Of a stretch of 32,000 nucleotides of DNA, positions 1 to 8,350 are shown piece by piece (position 1 is the stretch's first letter; every line of letters begins with the position of its first letter). The position numbers and the translations under genes were made by a program. This stretch comes from Labilithrix luteola (GTDB lineage Bacteria > Myxococcota_A > Polyangia > Polyangiales > Polyangiaceae): positions 5,290,556-5,322,555 of the forward strand of contig NZ_CP012333.1 in NCBI RefSeq assembly GCF_001263205.1, written 5' to 3'. The notes below the pieces were generated by a model. The model saw only the letters and a list, made by a program, of their open reading frames with translations. It did no database searches and had not been told where the DNA came from.

Positions 1-384
1 CGTTCGCATCCCCGCTGCAACGGGAGAGTCGCGGTGACCGGCTTCTGCTTGGGCGGAGCGCTCACGCTCGCTGCCGCACGCTACATCCCGGCCTTGGCGG
101 CGGCGGTGCCCTTCTACGGTCTTCCACGGTTTCCATCCGACGAGTTCACCAACGTCAAAGCGCCGATCTGCGGACACTACGCAAGGGTCGACGACTGGGC
201 GAACCCCTCGGTCGCCGAAGAGATCCAGCGGAAAGTGCGCGCCGGCGGCGGCCAGATGGATCTCTACATCTACGACGCCGGCCACGCCTTCATGCGCTCG
301 ACCGATTCCTCCAGGTACGAGCCGAAGAGCGCAGAGCTGGCGTGGCAGCGCACCGTCGACTTCCTCCAAAGGCACATCGGCTGA
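1..384 (+). CDS. dienelactone hydrolase family protein, 5' end outside window
   Basis: Frame 1 is open from base 1 to TGA 382-384. The translation ..RVAVTGFCLGGALTLAAA.. carries the G-x-C-x-G nucleophile elbow of Cys-His-Asp dienelactone hydrolases, plus a late ..IYDAGHAFM.. His motif. Confidence 0.7.
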   Translation, partial: RSHPRCNGRVAVTGFCLGGALTLAAARYIPALAAAVPFYGLPRFPSDEFTNVKAPICGHYARVDDWANPSVAEEIQRKVRAGGGQMDLYIYDAGHAFMRSTDSSRYEPKSAELAWQRTVDFLQRHIG

Positions 385-590
385 CGACCACCGTTCTCGG
401 CAAGCGGGCGAGCGGCACGAAAGGCGGCGCGAGGACTCTTTCAGCTCAGTTGACAGCAGGTCGCTCAGGCCTCGCTGCATGAGCTGCGAGACCTCCTCGC
501 GGCCGCTCCCTTGCCGAGCCGACGAAGCCCTCTCCAGTGCGCGGCTACGCCGTCAAACGCCGGATGAAGTGACCCGACGCCCTCGGTGGG

Positions 591-1880
591 TCACGGTTTG
601 GGAGCGTGTGTCACGCCGCGGTACATGGCTCCGTGCGGGGCGGTCGCGATGACCGTCGACATCGGTGTGCCGGTGGCTGGGTCGACGAAGCGAACGAGCT
701 TGTCACCGTCGGTCGTCGTCGCAACGATGATGACATCGTCGCCCTCCTTGTAGGCGGCCAGCCCACGAAGCCCCGAGTTCAAACTCTCCCTGAACGTCGT
801 GGAGTAGGTCCACGTCTTCGATTTACTATCGTAGACGTATTTCCTCACTCCGCCCGGGACACCTGCATTCACACCCATACCGTCGACGGCGACGTAGAGA
901 CGCTCTGCCCCCGGCTTACCATCGAGATCGACGAACTCGAATTCGGAGGCGCCAATGGGGTCGGTGACGACAGGGGTCTCGACCTGCGGCCCCGTCGTCG
1001 GGAGTCCGGTACCGATGCTGACGATCCTCCACTCATTGGTCGAAGCGTAAAGTTGGTCTTCGAAGATACGCACACAGTTGTGGGCGTAATACGGAGCTAC
1101 GACTTCAGTTCCGTTCGTCGCGCCGCCTGCCACGCTGTTGCCGAAGCGCAGATATTGGAGCGGGCCGTCCCCGGGGTTGTTGTTGGCGTTCCCCCCGATC
1201 CAGATATCGTTGCCGGAGATTGCTGCGCCGCCGACGTAGTTGGCAGCGAATGAATCGGAAATCAGCGTCGACGTGTCCACGCTACCATCGGCGGTTATCC
1301 GAGCGACGACGCGAGGGTTGTCGGAGGGGGCCGAGCTATAAGGAGGCGTCGCGTCGTCACTGTGCCCCGTGTAGCCCGTGACGACGACCGAACGACCATC
1401 TGTCGAGCTCGAAATCGCGCCTTCTCGAACCTGCGACGGGGCGGCTGTCTGCACAATGGCTCGTTGATCGCCGTTGACTTGGGTGGGCAAACGGATGCTG
1501 CGTACGAGCGTGTTCCCTCCGAGCTCGTACTCGTCGAGAAACAGCTGCCCTGCTCCCGGGGAGATGCTGCCGCCGTCGAGCTCGCCTACCCGGAGAACCA
1601 CGATCTTGTGGGCTGGCCCAGCATCGTCGGTCGCAGCATCGTCGGTCGCAGCATCGTCGCTCGCGTCCCCGGAATCGGCGTCGGTGCCGGCATCGCCTCC
1701 GTCGTGCAGCGAGGCATCTTCGACGGTGGGGCGATCCCCGTTCGTGTTTCCACCGTCTCTTCCGCCCTCGCTCGGCCCGTCCGAACGCAGCGCCTCGGTA
1801 TCGTCGCTGCACGCGTACGTGAACATGCCGGCAGTGACAGCAAAGACGAACGTCAAAGCACAAGTCCTACGCATGAACAC
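591..1880 (-). CDS. secreted lipoprotein-like protein, unknown function
   Basis: 429-aa ORF. The N-terminus MFMRRTCALTFVFAVTAGMFTYAC/SDD is a signal peptide ending in Cys. An acidic linker has DDAAT x3 (15-bp repeat 1621-1665). The rest is Gly/Ser/Thr-rich beta-type sequence. No family recognised. A decayed paralogue lies at 11574-12233. Confidence 0.75.
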   Translation of the reverse strand: MFMRRTCALTFVFAVTAGMFTYACSDDTEALRSDGPSEGGRDGGNTNGDRPTVEDASLHDGGDAGTDADSGDASDDAATDDAATDDAGPAHKIVVLRVGELDGGSISPGAGQLFLDEYELGGNTLVRSIRLPTQVNGDQRAIVQTAAPSQVREGAISSSTDGRSVVVTGYTGHSDDATPPYSSAPSDNPRVVARITADGSVDTSTLISDSFAANYVGGAAISGNDIWIGGNANNNPGDGPLQYLRFGNSVAGGATNGTEVVAPYYAHNCVRIFEDQLYASTNEWRIVSIGTGLPTTGPQVETPVVTDPIGASEFEFVDLDGKPGAERLYVAVDGMGVNAGVPGGVRKYVYDSKSKTWTYSTTFRESLNSGLRGLAAYKEGDDVIIVATTTDGDKLVRFVDPATGTPMSTVIATAPHGAMYRGVTHAPKP

Positions 1881-2098
1881 GCTCTCCGTTCCGAGCTTGG
1901 AGCTGCTTTGCCCTGCTCAAGTAAAAGTGCGTGGCTCGCGACGTCCGTGATCACCAGATTCGTACGGGCCCGGTCGATTTCTCCTCTCGGTCTCCCGGTC
2001 GGCTCCGCGCGCCCATGGTCGCGCTTTCACGCCGGGGGCTCGTGAACGAAGGTGACGAGCGTCGACCGAGGTGACGACCCGAACTTCCACCCGCCTGG

Positions 2099-2142
2099 CG
2101 AGAGAGCTGCGAGAGAGCTGCGAGAGAGCCGCGAGAGAGCCT
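2099..2142. repeat. 11-bp tandem repeat x4 (gcgagagagcY)
   Basis: Read directly: gcgagagagct gcgagagagct gcgagagagcc gcgagagagcc. It lies in the divergent intergenic region between 591-1880(-) and 2301-3332(+). Confidence 0.9.
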
Positions 2143-2300
2143 ACAAGCGGCGCCAGGTGACGCCGGACCGACGCCGGCGTGAGGCACGCGAGGAACGGTG
2201 GTAAAGTACGCCCACTCGCGTGGCAACAGGTGTTTGGGCGACGATCGCCGGCGTTCTGGTCGTAGCGGGGTCGCCGTGTCCTCGTCTCGAACGCAGGCGG

Positions 2301-3332
2301 ATGCGCGCCGGATGCGTCGTTCGCTTTGTCCGGCTCGCGATGGGCGCGCTCGTTTGCGCGCTCGTCGTGTCGCTCGGAGGCGAGGCGGATGCTCTCGAGG
2401 CCCACGTGGAGGAACGGGAGGTCGTCGAGCTGACGATCGCGGGCAGAACGGACCCGAAGCTCGAAGCCTCGCTTGCCGAGCTCCTTCGGCATGCGGGATT
2501 TTCCCCGCGATTTGCGCATGTGGCGCGACCATCACCGAAGAGCGTCACCACCTCGCCATATCTCGTCGCCGTCGTTTCGCTCGACCTGACACGAGTGGAC
2601 TCGATCGAGCTCGTCATCGTCGACGCGCGCCACGCGACCGTGCTTACGCGCGGCGTGCCCACAGCGGACTGCCTCGATGAGATCGCGCGCGAAGAGATCG
2701 GCCACATCGTCCTCTTCGCGGTCGAGGCGATCCGGCGGGGCGAGACCGTCGGGACCCCGCAGCCGCGGGCGCTCGTTCTCGCTCCGCCAAAAGAACGCGC
2801 GAGAGGCGAGCTCGAGACGGTCGTGACGCTTCGGACGTACGCGAACGTCGCGCCCGTCGTGGTCGGAGTCGGCGCTGCGGTCGGGGCGTCCACTCGCGTG
2901 AGCTCGTTTCATCTCCGTGGCCTCGTGGGGTTCGAGCAGCGCTCCGCGGTCGTCGTCACGACGCGCGCCGCTTCTGCCCGATTCGAGCAGCGATCCTTGA
3001 GGATCGCGGTGTCGGCGGGCGTGCCGCTGAGCGCGCGCACCGAGCTCACCCTCGCGGGCGGCGTTTCCGCGGATCTCCTCGCGGTCACGACGACGGCGCT
3101 TCGTGCAAACACCGAACGCGTGCGCAACGCCTCGGACCTGGTGCCGGTCCTCGACGCGACGGGAGGGATCACCTTCCAGCTCGCGCCTCGCCTCTTCGTG
3201 AGCGGAGCCGTCGGGGCGGAAATGCCACTCTCCACTACGGAGTACGCGCTCGAAGCCGAGCGCAACGTCGTCTTTCTCGCACCAGATGCCGTGCGCCTCG
3301 TCGGCCGGTTTAGCCTTGGCGTGAGTTTCTGA
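2301..3332 (+). CDS. putative outer-membrane beta-barrel-like protein
   Basis: ORF 2220-3332. ATG 2301 is preferred because MRAGCVVRFVRLAMGALVCALVVSLGGEADA looks like a signal peptide. The C-terminal half has alternating strand-like segments and the protein ends ..RFSLGVSF (terminal Phe), as in OMP barrels. Start and function are uncertain. Confidence 0.5.
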   Translation: MRAGCVVRFVRLAMGALVCALVVSLGGEADALEAHVEEREVVELTIAGRTDPKLEASLAELLRHAGFSPRFAHVARPSPKSVTTSPYLVAVVSLDLTRVDSIELVIVDARHATVLTRGVPTADCLDEIAREEIGHIVLFAVEAIRRGETVGTPQPRALVLAPPKERARGELETVVTLRTYANVAPVVVGVGAAVGASTRVSSFHLRGLVGFEQRSAVVVTTRAASARFEQRSLRIAVSAGVPLSARTELTLAGGVSADLLAVTTTALRANTERVRNASDLVPVLDATGGITFQLAPRLFVSGAVGAEMPLSTTEYALEAERNVVFLAPDAVRLVGRFSLGVSF

Positions 3333-3418
3333 CCGCCTTTTAGCTCAGGCGTAATGCCTCGCGATCGAATTCGCCGTGGCTCGTGATCAAGTTCGCCGGC
3401 GAGCGATCACTTAAGGCC

Positions 3419-4600
3419 ATGGCCCAGGCGCTCATGCTTCGTCGTGTCGCGGTGCTCGTCGTCGCGGCCAGCCTATGTAGCGCGGGGGGCGCCTGCTCGT
3501 CCGGGCGCGAGATCCTCGCGAAGGAGGGCCCTCCCGTCTTCGGCTCCGAGACGGAAGAGGCTGGCGCCGACGTCTCGCCGGATCTGCTTGCTGAGCTTTG
3601 TCCGTCGACGGAGTGCCCCCCGGGGCGCGTGGCTTGTCCGAACAAGCCATTCCCCTGCGCCGTCGATCTCTCGTCCGACGACGAGAATTGCGGCGCGTGC
3701 GGGGTTCGCTGTCGGCAGGACGAAGCATTCCTGGAGACGTTTCATGCCATCATGACGTGCTCGAACGCGGCGTGTCAGTTGGTCTGCTCGCCCGGATACG
3801 CCGACTGCAATGGCAACGTCGAGGACGGCTGCGAAGTCGAGACCCTCGAAAACCCGAAAAACTGCGGTGCATGCGGGACTGTCTGCGACGTTTGCTACGC
3901 AGGCAGGTGCGGTTGCAAAGGCTCCGACACCTACTGTCCGGGAGCGGGCTGCGTGTCCCTCTATTCCAGCGACGACAACTGCGGCGCGTGCGGCAACGCC
4001 TGTCCCGAGAGCCCGGAGAGCAACAAGCCGCCGTTGCCACCGGAACAGCACGCGTACTACGGCTGCGCGTTCGGCATCTGCGAGCAGCCAAAGTGTGACC
4101 CACCGCACGCCGACTGCAACCACGACCTCGGAGATCCCAACGGCGACGGATGCGAGGTCGCGGATATCACTTCCGACCCGAAGAACTGCGGCACATGCGG
4201 GAATGAGTGCGGCCCGGGCGAGTCTTGCTCGGACGGCAAATGCATCTGTCCTTGCGGTGCCCCCTGCTTCAATCTCAACAGCGACCCCGACAACTGCGGA
4301 CTATGCGGGTTCTACTGCCCTGGCGACAACCGCTCTCGGCTTCTCCAAGCCACGTCTCTCGGCGTGGCCGATCCTGCGCACGGTAGACCGATTTGCGATC
4401 AAGGAGTCTGCGGATACCGCTGTTCGAGCCATTGGGGCGATTGCGACGCGGACATTTCGAATGGCTGCGAGACGAGCCTCCTCGTCGATCCTCTCAATTG
4501 CGGAGCGTGCGGTGTTCGATGCGACGGCATCGAGGGCCAGGCATGCGTCAACGGTCAGTGCCTGATGAAGGAGTGTCCGGAGAAAGGAGGCACGCGATGA
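3419..4600 (+). CDS. secreted Cys-rich repeat protein (six D-x-x-NCG-x-CG-x-x-C motifs)
   Basis: ORF 3383-4600. The likely start is ATG 3419 (MAQALMLRRVAVLVVAASLCSAGGAC signal). Motifs are DDENCGACGVRC, NPKNCGACGTVC, SDDNCGACGNAC, DPKNCGTCGNEC, DPDNCGLCGFYC and DPLNCGACGVRC, interleaved with DCN/DCD..DGCE elements. Confidence 0.8.
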   Translation: MAQALMLRRVAVLVVAASLCSAGGACSSGREILAKEGPPVFGSETEEAGADVSPDLLAELCPSTECPPGRVACPNKPFPCAVDLSSDDENCGACGVRCRQDEAFLETFHAIMTCSNAACQLVCSPGYADCNGNVEDGCEVETLENPKNCGACGTVCDVCYAGRCGCKGSDTYCPGAGCVSLYSSDDNCGACGNACPESPESNKPPLPPEQHAYYGCAFGICEQPKCDPPHADCNHDLGDPNGDGCEVADITSDPKNCGTCGNECGPGESCSDGKCICPCGAPCFNLNSDPDNCGLCGFYCPGDNRSRLLQATSLGVADPAHGRPICDQGVCGYRCSSHWGDCDADISNGCETSLLVDPLNCGACGVRCDGIEGQACVNGQCLMKECPEKGGTR

Positions 4601-5790
4601 GACTCCGCTGGATCGGAATCGGTGGCGTCATTAGCGTCGTCGTGCCACTGGCGTGTGCCAGCGAAGGAGATGTCGGCCCGCAGGGACCGGCCGACGCGGG
4701 GAGCGGCGCTGACAGCGGTGTGGTCGCAGACGGCTCCGGAGACAGGGCCGACGCCGAGGTCGACGCTGAAGCGGGCATCGACTCGTGCGCCGTCTTGGGG
4801 CTCTGTGTAGCTTCCGCTCCCATCGACTCGAGCATCAACTTGACGTCGGTCTGGGGATCGAGCGCCAGCGATGTATGGGCTGTCGGAACGAACCGTACGG
4901 TCGTCCACTACGACGGTTCCAAGTGGGAAAAGCACGTCATCGAGAACGACCCAACGTCGTCGGCCACGATGCGAGCCGTCTGGGTCGGTAGATCCGACGA
5001 CGTCTGGATCGTCGATGGTCTCGTGCTGCGCCACTCCACCGGCTGGAAGGGGGACGCGACGGAATGGTCCTCCTACCACTTCTATCCTCCGGGCACTGCC
5101 ACCGGCAACGCGCCCTTTGGCCTGAGTGGGAGGGACGGTAGCGTCTGGATCGCGCGTCTTGGATGGGTGCAATACGATCCCCCCGGGACGCTCATCAAGT
5201 GCAGCGGTTGGGGCGAGGGTGGCGCTCTCGTCGATGCCGAGCACTTGGGTTACAGCGGAAACGACCAAACGTACTTCACTTCCGGATACGGCGCGGTCGC
5301 GATGACTCGCGCGGACGAAGCGTGGGCGACGAGCCTCGCGGTGGCGGTGTGGTCGGGGTCTCGCGTCATGCGCGTCGTCCGGTCGGACACCGAGCCAACG
5401 GTGTGGCGGCACGAAGAGTTCGATAGCCGTACCGTGAGGGAGCTGCACGGCATATGGGGCAATGAGGATGTCGTCTGGCTCGTGGGAGAAGGGGGAGTCA
5501 CCCGTCGGATGACGCGCTCCGCGATCCCGTCGAGAGCCTTCGAGGTCATCGAGACTCCGGTGAATGACACTCTCCGAGGGGTCTTCGGTTTCGGTCCCGA
5601 CGACGTGTGGGCGGTCGGCGACGAGAGCACGATCCTGCATTGGGACGGGCAGTCCTGGACGAAGCTCGCGACGCCCTTCGACGGTGCAGGCCTGAAGCCA
5701 CGGCTCTTCGGGGTTTGGGGTAGCTCGAAAGACGATGTGTGGATCGTCGGAGGTGGCGTGGTGATCCACTTCGAGAGGAGGGGCGCGTGA
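4597..5790 (+). CDS. beta-propeller-like repeat lipoprotein (DVWAVG..DG..W repeats)
   Basis: ATG 4597 overlaps the upstream TGA (ATGA) and gives the signal MRLRWIGIGGVISVVVPLAC. Repeats include SASDVWAVGTNRTVVHYDGSKWEK, SDDVWIVDG, EDVVWLVGEGG, PDDVWAVGDESTILHWDGQSWTKL and KDDVWIVGGG. The longer track ORF 4393-5790 overlaps the previous gene and is not needed. Confidence 0.8.
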   Translation: MRLRWIGIGGVISVVVPLACASEGDVGPQGPADAGSGADSGVVADGSGDRADAEVDAEAGIDSCAVLGLCVASAPIDSSINLTSVWGSSASDVWAVGTNRTVVHYDGSKWEKHVIENDPTSSATMRAVWVGRSDDVWIVDGLVLRHSTGWKGDATEWSSYHFYPPGTATGNAPFGLSGRDGSVWIARLGWVQYDPPGTLIKCSGWGEGGALVDAEHLGYSGNDQTYFTSGYGAVAMTRADEAWATSLAVAVWSGSRVMRVVRSDTEPTVWRHEEFDSRTVRELHGIWGNEDVVWLVGEGGVTRRMTRSAIPSRAFEVIETPVNDTLRGVFGFGPDDVWAVGDESTILHWDGQSWTKLATPFDGAGLKPRLFGVWGSSKDDVWIVGGGVVIHFERRGA

Positions 5791-7040
5791 TCTTCGCTCG
5801 TAAAGTGAGCGCTTTCAGCGTCGGCACGGCATTCGCGCTCAGCCTCCTCTTCGCATGTGCGAACAGCGAGGTCGGGTCGGGGCCGCCGCCGTCGCCGCCA
5901 CTCGTGCTCGATGCCGGCCCTGAGGTCGCGCCCGATGCCGCGCCCGATGCCGCGCCCGATGCCGCGCAAGAGGTGCCCGATGCGACTGCCGCCGTGCCAG
6001 GTAAGTGTAGTCGCGGCGGATTCTGCTACGTGTCCATGCCGGTACTGGCACCGCTCATCGCGGTTTCTGCGTCGAGTATCGACGACGCCTGGATGCTTCC
6101 GAAGGATACCCAAACCATCCTCCGTTGGGACGGGACGTCCTTGAAGGAGGTCTACGAGTACACGGGGACCACTCCAGAAACGATCTCCTTTCGCGCGATT
6201 TGGGCCGAGAAGAAGGACAACGTATGGGCCGTGGCCACGGACAAAGATCGCTACTACATCGTTCGTTATGCGCCGACGGGCGGTGGACCGGCCGTCTTCC
6301 GTGAGTACCCGACGGAGCAGCTCGCGCCGATTTACACGGGCATCGCGTGGGTGAACAGCGTCTGGGGCACGCCCTCATCGGGCGCGCTATGGGTGGCCGC
6401 TGGGAGTGCGATTCTTCGCTTTCGCGACAACGGCAGCGGAGCGCTCGCCGTCGATCGCTTCGTGCCGATAAGCGTTACCGGCGGATATTACCAATGGTTC
6501 TCCGTCTGGGGATTCGGTGACAAGGACGTTTACCTTGGCGGTGGTGAATATGCCGGGAGCGTCTCCCGTGCCGCCATTGCCCACTACGATGGGACTGCCT
6601 GGTCGATCGAAACTTCCGCTTCGGACGGCGAGTCCGTCTACTCGCTTCGAGGAACCCCGGTCGGCCAACCACGCCAGCTTTGGTATACGCGGTGGCAAGA
6701 TCCCAGACGCAGCTCGACGCGCATCCTGCCGATTGGCGCCGACGGGCAGCTCGGTGAGGAGTTGCTCGTTTCCGAAATGCCCGCGTGCAACGGGCGCTTC
6801 GGTGGTGCGGCGACGCCGATGGATGGATGGTTCTCCAACGGGCTCCTCGTCTGCCGATGGACGGGAACGAAGTTCGAGGACGTCCCCACGTCCGTCGGCG
6901 GTCTTCCGGTCGTCCAGCAAGTGAACGGGGTCTGGGCGGGGAGCGCGGACGACGCGTGGATCGTCGGCGCGTCGGCGACGGGGCGCGGCGGCTTCGCTGC
7001 GTTGCGAACGCGCGCAACGGCGGAGGGAGGCAAGCCATGA
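5787..7040 (+). CDS. beta-propeller-like repeat lipoprotein, paralogous in style to 4597-5790
   Basis: GTG 5787 overlaps the upstream TGA (GTGA) and gives VIFARKVSAFSVGTAFALSLLFAC/ANSE. The linker has APDA x3 (12-bp repeat 5928-5963). Repeats include DDAWMLP..ILRWDGTS, DNVWAVATD, KDVYLGGG..IAHYDGTAW and DDAWIVGAS. Confidence 0.75.
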   Translation: MIFARKVSAFSVGTAFALSLLFACANSEVGSGPPPSPPLVLDAGPEVAPDAAPDAAPDAAQEVPDATAAVPGKCSRGGFCYVSMPVLAPLIAVSASSIDDAWMLPKDTQTILRWDGTSLKEVYEYTGTTPETISFRAIWAEKKDNVWAVATDKDRYYIVRYAPTGGGPAVFREYPTEQLAPIYTGIAWVNSVWGTPSSGALWVAAGSAILRFRDNGSGALAVDRFVPISVTGGYYQWFSVWGFGDKDVYLGGGEYAGSVSRAAIAHYDGTAWSIETSASDGESVYSLRGTPVGQPRQLWYTRWQDPRRSSTRILPIGADGQLGEELLVSEMPACNGRFGGAATPMDGWFSNGLLVCRWTGTKFEDVPTSVGGLPVVQQVNGVWAGSADDAWIVGASATGRGGFAALRTRATAEGGKP

Positions 7041-8350
7041 TGCCGCGCCGCGTTTCGATCGGTGCCTTCTTCACCGCCGGATGGCTCGTCCTCGCGTGTA
7101 CGTCGGTGGTCGTGGAGCCCGCGCCTCAGGACGTTTCCCCGGACGCATCCGTTTCGTCTTCACCGGAGGACGCGAGCGTGCCGGAGGACGCGAGCGTGCC
7201 GGAGATCGTCACTCGCGATGGAGGCGTGCCTCGCCGCCTCGACGTGACCTGCGAAAAGGATCCCTGCTACGTCTCGGTCAGCGGCAATGGCGGTCGGCAC
7301 TTCTGCGGTCTGCTGAAGGACGGCACGGTGCGGTGCTGGGGGCGAGACACGATGTCCACCGTGTCCGCGCCAGAAGGTGGCGTGAACGGCGACGGTGCCC
7401 TCGGGCGAGGTACTCCCGTCTCGATTCTCGAGGGCGCCACGCCGGCGCCCGTCGTCGGTCTCGACGGTGTCACGCAGATCAGCGTCGGCCCGAATCTCGG
7501 CACGTGCGCGCGCAGGTCGGACGGCTCGGTGGTTTGTTGGGGCCGCAACGAATACGGCCAGCTTGGCCAGGCGCCGACGCAGGCGACCCTACCGCTGCCG
7601 ACACGCGTTCCGGCGCTCCCGCCGGTCGACTTCGTCGCGCTCGGTGCGCGCACGGGCTGCGCTATCGGCACCGCGGACCACGCTCTTTACTGTTGGGGGC
7701 GGCGCGACGACGTCATCGGCGGCGCCATCGACGCGGGCGACGATTCGGACACGTTCCCTCCGCAGATCATGCCGCTCTTTCCGCCTCCGGTACGAGCGCT
7801 CGCGATTGGCTCCTCACCTGACGACGACACCATCATGACCCTCCTCGACGGAGGCGTTCTCGCGACACTTGGCGCTCAGCCGGTGGGTGATTCCTCCGTC
7901 AAACCGTCTACGGCGTTTCCGATTACGCTCGCAGGAGTCGCCCGGCTTGGCGTGTTCGCCTACGTGGGCGACGACGGACGCCTCCAGCGCTGGTATCCGA
8001 GGAACGGCGAGCTCTACATTCCAAGTCCCAACTCGGTCGTCGAGGTCGCGATTTCGTCCGTGGACGGGCAGGGGGGCGCGCTGCTCTCGGACGGGCGCCT
8101 CTTCCGTTGGGGACCCAACGCGGCGGGAACGCTCGGACTCGACCCGGAGATGTTGGAATTTGCCGAGTATCCCGTGGAGATGAAGGACGTCACCTCCGAT
8201 GGCGTTGTCTCGTTCGCGACGACCATCGGATCGACCTGCGCCTCGCGGGTCGATGGCACCATCAGGTGTTGGGGGGCGAACACTCGCGGCGAGCTTGGGC
8301 GCGGAACGGTCGACGGGATGGCTCATCCAGAATCCGAGAAGATCCGATGA
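7037..8350 (+). CDS. RCC1-repeat (regulator of chromosome condensation-like) lipoprotein
   Basis: ATG 7037 overlaps the upstream TGA (ATGA). The signal is MMPRRVSIGAFFTAGWLVLAC. Repeated C/RWG..N..G.LG motifs: VRCWGRDT, VVCWGRNEYGQLGQ, LYCWGRRDD, FRWGPNAAGTLGLD, IRCWGANTRGELGRG. Confidence 0.85.
   Translation: MMPRRVSIGAFFTAGWLVLACTSVVVEPAPQDVSPDASVSSSPEDASVPEDASVPEIVTRDGGVPRRLDVTCEKDPCYVSVSGNGGRHFCGLLKDGTVRCWGRDTMSTVSAPEGGVNGDGALGRGTPVSILEGATPAPVVGLDGVTQISVGPNLGTCARRSDGSVVCWGRNEYGQLGQAPTQATLPLPTRVPALPPVDFVALGARTGCAIGTADHALYCWGRRDDVIGGAIDAGDDSDTFPPQIMPLFPPPVRALAIGSSPDDDTIMTLLDGGVLATLGAQPVGDSSVKPSTAFPITLAGVARLGVFAYVGDDGRLQRWYPRNGELYIPSPNSVVEVAISSVDGQGGALLSDGRLFRWGPNAAGTLGLDPEMLEFAEYPVEMKDVTSDGVVSFATTIGSTCASRVDGTIRCWGANTRGELGRGTVDGMAHPESEKIR

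Noticed and set aside
2192-2225. GGAAC at 2192-2196 as an ECF-type -35 box upstream of the 2301 gene
   Set aside because: No CGT(C/T)-type -10 element lies at the expected 16-17-nt spacing. The nearest cgt is 22 nt away.
4555-5769. 404-aa minus-strand ORF, with similar long antisense ORFs at 9247-10296, 3473-4123, 2141-2893 and 27827-28894
   Set aside because: All are antisense to genes with clear motifs or signal peptides, and all show the Arg/Pro/Ala bias of GC-rich non-coding frames.
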